Assembly (NCBI GenBank): GCA_002633005.1
Contig: NMRA01000028.1
Span: forward strand, 870,764-926,228
DNA: 55,465 bases
From: Phoronis australis
Lineage: Eukaryota > Animalia > Phoronida
Reading direction: 5' to 3'
A program made the translations under genes and the position numbers. Below the pieces are notes generated by a model. That model was not told where the DNA came from and searched no databases. It worked only from the letters and a program-made list of their open reading frames with translations. This document shows positions 51,738-55,465 of this stretch, one piece after another (within the stretch, counting starts at the first letter, position 1; every line of letters starts with the position of its first letter).

Positions 51738-53378
51738 ATGATAATTGAGAGCATTGATGTTTTTAAATCGTGGCTTACAATACAGTTACAACCAATGTAA
51801 GTTTGCCAGAACGGCAGAAGCAGAAGTTCCACAATAACTTAAATCAGTAAACTTTTATCAGCTTTATTAGACAATTACATCTACCTCGCCCTGAATGCTG
51901 CAGGCATATCAGCGTTTATGGCAAAAAGAAAGATTTTAAAGGGAATTCAATGTATATATCATATCAATATCTTATGTTAAAATGGCCTGTTCATAACTAT
52001 TTCAATGGGCTGTTTGTCAGTTATGTCTTTGTGCCAGTGTTAGTGATTCATAAAGCGACCCTGATTTTCCATTCCAGAAAACAAAGAAATGCGTCTTAGA
52101 GAACATGAAATTCTGTTTCCATGTTGTAAATTAGTAAATTTGATTTTGTTATTTAAAAACTGGTTAATAAAAAAATAAAATGGGAGCCACCTTATTTTTC
52201 CACTGAATGATACTCCGTTTACCAATAACTTGTCGTGCGCCATGTATATTGTTTCTCATCGAAAAATGAAAAGCACCTCTTTCCAAAAGAAGAAACAACT
52301 ACTTGAACATATCTATATCTTCCATCCATTTCCGCATCACATAAAATTATGCTCTTTAATGGTAACTTTTTAGTGTCACATAAAACATTTTCTCAATCTG
52401 AACTTTCTCCAATATTTAAGATAACATTCCGAAAAGATATAATTTGAAGACCAACTTAAATCTCCAAGTGTGCTCCTATTTTGTATTGTAGTATTTAATG
52501 GTACTAAATAAAGTATATGAATTCTAAAACTTTCCCCAACTCGTAAAAAATTCAGTGTTAATTTTGAATGTATGTACTAGTGAGATTTTTAAGTGTGGAT
52601 TTTGAGTGAAAATGTTTTTACGCGCACTGTCACTAGCTACTCATCACACACTTTTTTGTCCAGATGTGATGCTGATCCCGCTGCACTTGCTAAGTATGTT
52701 ATTGCTCTGGTGAAGAAGGACAAACCAATCAATGAACTGAGGGAGGCTTGTCTTGATCAACTAGACGTCTTCTTACAACAGAGTAAGTATAACAGATTTT
52801 GTTGTTGCTCGCAGTCTCACTTTGAACTGACGTAAATTGGCAAATTTCCACCTATTGTGATGTATAGATGGCGCTGGCTGTTCGCCCTATCCACCATATT
52901 CCTTTTGTCTCTAAGTCCATTGTTTAATTAGCTGTTAAGATCATAGATGATAACTCGCAAGTATTTACTGTTTATTGGCATCAGTGAACAACAAATGATC
53001 GTAACAGAAACAGAAAGTTTGTTCTATCAGGTTGTGATCATTCGTAGTTTACTGACACCAATAATCAGTAAAGAAATACTTGGGAGTTATCCTCTACCTG
53101 TAATCAAGACTGATAATTTCATAATTGCTCTGTCGACATGACATTGGAAGACCGGCACATGGTGGTGAATAAGACTTGCATTTGTTTTATGCTGCTGTGA
53201 AAGGTGAATTAGTATTTGCTCGACTTTTTCAGATACCAAGGCATTTGTAGAGACATTATTCACAAACTTAGATAGTAAGGCTTACCTGAAGCCACCTGAG
53301 GAGAGAGAGAAGGTCAACAATGTTGAGCAGCCTGAGGCTCCCAAACCAATACCAGTCAGTGTGGTTAGGGTTGAAAAG
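51738..53378 (+). CDS. RBM26: RNA-binding protein 26/27 family, N-terminal PWI domain; first three coding exons, gene continues beyond the window
   Basis: Exons 51738-51796, 52664-52782, 53233-53378 give MIIESIDVFKSWLTIQLQPICDADPAALAKYVIALVKKDKPINELREACLDQLDVFLQQNTKAFVETLFTNLDSKAYL, matching the RBM26/RBM27 N-terminus. Probably the single pro-orthologue of both vertebrate genes. Confidence 0.9.
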
Positions 53379-53847
53379 GTGATTGTTACAGATTTGATTA
53401 TCTCTGTGTTACTCTGTTGGGTAACAAAATCTCTCATTGGTCACCTATTCTATTGTTTGACATCTTTTGAACGCCTTAGGGAGGTACTGCACCAGTTCTG
53501 CTTAGAGTTGCCTAATGCAATGCACTGCCATACTTATGCTGTCTTAAGCTGTGCTCGTGTTGGCCTACGTGGGATACTCAAGTGTTTTTGGAGACGAACA
53601 CTTGATGCAGAAAGTGGGCAGTTTTTGCATAAGCTTGCACTACTGTATGCCATGCTTAGGCAAATAGTATGCCATCCTGACCCAGTCCAACGAAAACACC
53701 AGGGTATGCCTGTGCAGCGTCATTTTTGTCATGAGTAGACAGTTGAATTTTGGCATGCTTCGTGCGTCGCTTTAGACAACTCTACTTAGGACCGATATGC
53801 ACATCCCTTTACTCTCCTAGTCGACTTGTTACAGCCAATTTCGTAAA

Positions 53848-54078
53848 GGTGGTTTAAAGTTAAACCTGGTTTAAACTGGACTTAGACCAGGTTTAAAGAT
53901 CTGCATTTTATAAAAGTGGTTTAACTTTGAGATCAGTGGTTTAGTAAAACCTGGTTTAACTCTAGTTTAGACCTGGTCTAAGACACTTTTCATTTCACCA
54001 ACAAGGTCTATATATCTTAGATCTGTATTAAGATCTTAAACCAGGTTTAACTTAAGAATTGGTCAGACCCAGGTTTAA
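53848..54078. repeat. Cluster of near-palindromic TAAACCWGGTTTAA / AGACCWGGTCT motifs, probably a transposon-end remnant
   Basis: The motif recurs about six times in both orientations. Confidence 0.5.
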
Positions 54079-54508
54079 TGATATTAAATATGGCAGACTT
54101 GTACGATATAAGTGCAACTGAATGATGCTGTGGTGTGCATTTACGACGCAGTTTTAGAGTGAGAATGGACTATTTTCAATATTGAGTTTTAGGATGACAC
54201 AAGATCAAACTTAACAGGTGGGACCAAGCATTTTTAAGGGAGTGGGGGTGTCGAGATAAAGGATTTTTAAAAGGAGGGCCTGGGTCAACAATTTGAAAAT
54301 TATAGACTTGATATCACTAAAATCAAGGGAAAAAGGGGGTCCGGGCCCTTGAACCCCTGGATCCGCCTATACATAGACCATTGCATACTGAAGGGTGTCG
54401 TCGTCGCAAGTGCTTCGCGTATGAGTAAAAAGGCATCTAATGATTATTCTGGCCAAGTTCCATCTCAATTGGTCCTCGATTTAAGGTTGCCGGGCAGGGG
54501 TCCTGCCC

Positions 54509-54665
54509 CAGTGGTGGATGTAGAGCGGGGCCAAGGGGTTCATGGCCCCCCTAAAATTCTCCCAGATTCCATTTGGCAGTTCGGGATTGCGAATGTCTGA
54601 CGGGCAAAATCCTGGTTAATACTCTGCCCTTGCCCCCCGAGCTCAAAATCCTGGATCCGCCCCTG
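54509..54665 (-). mobile_element. MITE family A in an RBM26/27 intron
   Basis: CAGTGGTGGATGTAG ... CTAAAATTCTCCCAGATTCCATTTGGCAG ... CTCAAAATCCTGGATCCGCCCCTG. Confidence 0.65.
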
Positions 54666-55465
54666 TGCCCTCCTTGGGCCACAAAAAAGTAAAATGACAT
54701 AGAAATAAACATGCATTTACTATGTTGCAGTTAATCGTGAACAAGTACTTTAATGTGTGTACGTTTGCTGGACACAGACAATACAAAATGAAAAATATCT
54801 CCTCCTAGATCTGCCACTGGGTCCCTCGCCATTTTTCTTTGCAATTTTTTCACTGATGAAATTTTCTTTCTGGCCTTATTCTGGTTCAATATCTCTCCAA
54901 GCCTGCTGCTTACGTATGTGGCATCAATTTTCTTGTTCTCGACTATGACATTTGCTTTTTCTCTGATCAGTTATGGGAGGGAACATTTTTCCTCACAAGA
55001 AAAGCTTTTAGCCTTTTTTTGCTAATGTCTGCACTGATTCTACTGCTGTTTGCTATTGTGATCAAGGGTTCATTGATTAAGCACTTCAATAGTTTCTTTG
55101 TTGGGTTAATCCGGATCAACACAATAGGGTGGCTCGGATACCTTAAAGACCCTACATAACGGCCAAATGACTTTTGAACATGTTAAATATCTGTATCATT
55201 GATCGAAACAAACATATCATCCCTCCCTTTACTCCTGGCATTAGCTAATTACGCCAATTACTATCGTACGACCCCATCATGAACCCCATTTAGCGCCGAA
55301 AAAAAACTTTAGGTGGCGCTCGTTCTAATCGACGCAAATGACGTCATCGTTGATACCCAATACCTATCGAACAGTCCGTTGCCACAGGAAGCTTACCTTA
55401 CGGTGCCTGGTGCATATTTCAAGTCACAGATTTTCAAAATTACAACTGTTAGAGACAACCAAGCT

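Noticed and set aside
51455-51832. 125-aa minus-strand ORF
   Set aside because: Antisense to the RBM26/27 5' UTR and first exon, non-ATG start, no recognisable domain.

Overview
Animal genomic DNA, most likely from an invertebrate bilaterian, with spliceosomal GT-AG genes; most ORF-track entries are noise. Three genes can be assembled by hand with consistent splice phases. (1) FBXW7/Cdc4/archipelago orthologue on + (CDS 13406-34610, 12 coding exons, 739 aa). Its first two coding exons encode a ComEA-type tandem helix-hairpin-helix (HhH)2 DNA-binding domain placed ahead of the usual NLS, D-domain, F-box and WD40 region. (2) SPATA5/AFG2A AAA+ ATPase on - (51103-38685, 14 exons, 862 aa). Its D1 module has a Walker-B E>Q and a sensor-1 N>S change, while D2 is canonical. 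(3) The 5' end of RBM26/27 on + (from 51738, PWI domain), head-to-head with SPATA5. Introns and intergenic DNA hold MITE-like elements, many minisatellites, and two Helentron/DINE-1-like (HINE) elements carrying ~150-bp-spaced arrays of CTCF-like motifs. Several minisatellites are amplified copies of exon-intron junctions. Positions 1-10000 contain no gene I can support.
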